A stretch of 64,000 bases of DNA from Nymphaea colorata (Eukaryota): positions 41,912,001 through 41,976,000 of the forward strand of contig NC_045138.2 of assembly GCF_008831285.2 (NCBI RefSeq), given 5' to 3'. The notes beneath the pieces are model-generated. The model saw only the letters and a list, made by a program, of their open reading frames with translations. It was not told where the DNA came from and ran no database searches. A program made the position numbers and the translations under genes. Positions 63,644-64,000 of this stretch are shown piece by piece; the stretch's first letter is position 1; the number at the start of each line of letters is the position of its first letter.

Positions 63644-64000
63644 TGTAACGCTCGTTCTTTTCTTTTAGACAGGTTGGGTTGGAGCGGGTCCAGACCGGAC
63701 CCGAGCCCCACTCGTGTAAGGGAGCCCCGTCGCGCGAGGGAGTTTTCCTTCCTCGACTTCTTCAGCGTCTTCTTCTTCTCCTTCTTCGACTGTTCCCTCT
63801 GCTACGACCGCAGCAAGGAAGAAGTGGCGGTCGGTGTGGTGGTGGCGGTGGCTGGACCGGCGACGGCAGCGGCGGCGGTGGCGACGGCGGCAGCGTGGGT
63901 AAGTTTCCTCTCTCACCCTCTCTGTCTGCTTCTTCTCCTCCCTCCCACGCAGCCTCTCCCTACTTCGTCAGCACCCCCCCTGCCGCATGATTTCTCCCTC
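63644..64000. mobile_element. Probable start of a young GC-rich LTR, truncated by the window edge
   Basis: Abrupt switch to CpG-rich sequence at TGTAACGC inside a BPI/LBP intron; no partner LTR is visible. Confidence 0.4.

Noticed and set aside
63665..63990. GC-rich ORFs as a candidate BPI first exon
   Set aside because: No signal peptide or BPI motifs; more consistent with LTR sequence.

Overview
Plant (angiosperm) nuclear DNA with two long-intron host genes on the minus strand, both running off the window. A PDIA6/PDIL2-3-type protein disulfide isomerase has exons 1-3 at 26785-26645, 21508-21350 and 7759-7646, with an ERSE-like element in its promoter. A BPI/LBP-family lipid-binding gene has its last five exons at 61972-51121. 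Most of the rest is transposon-derived. A full-length Ty1/copia lies in PDI intron 3. PDI intron 2 holds a nested stack whose junctions all resolve by target-site duplication (TSD): a gypsy relic contains a 1.1-kb TRIM-like copia derivative, which in turn contains a hAT MITE and two gag-less copia elements. There is also an old ~9.9-kb minus-strand LTR element, a deleted copia in the BPI gene, a hAT MITE family with 8-bp TSDs, a decayed hAT transposase and L1 fragments. The most unusual signal is at 39731-40420: four tandem ~100-nt units, each able to fold as a near-perfect four-way junction with self-complementary loops (GUGCAC, UGGCCA), just downstream of a TATA box in an LTR-like segment. 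All identities and folds were assessed by eye; no searches were run.
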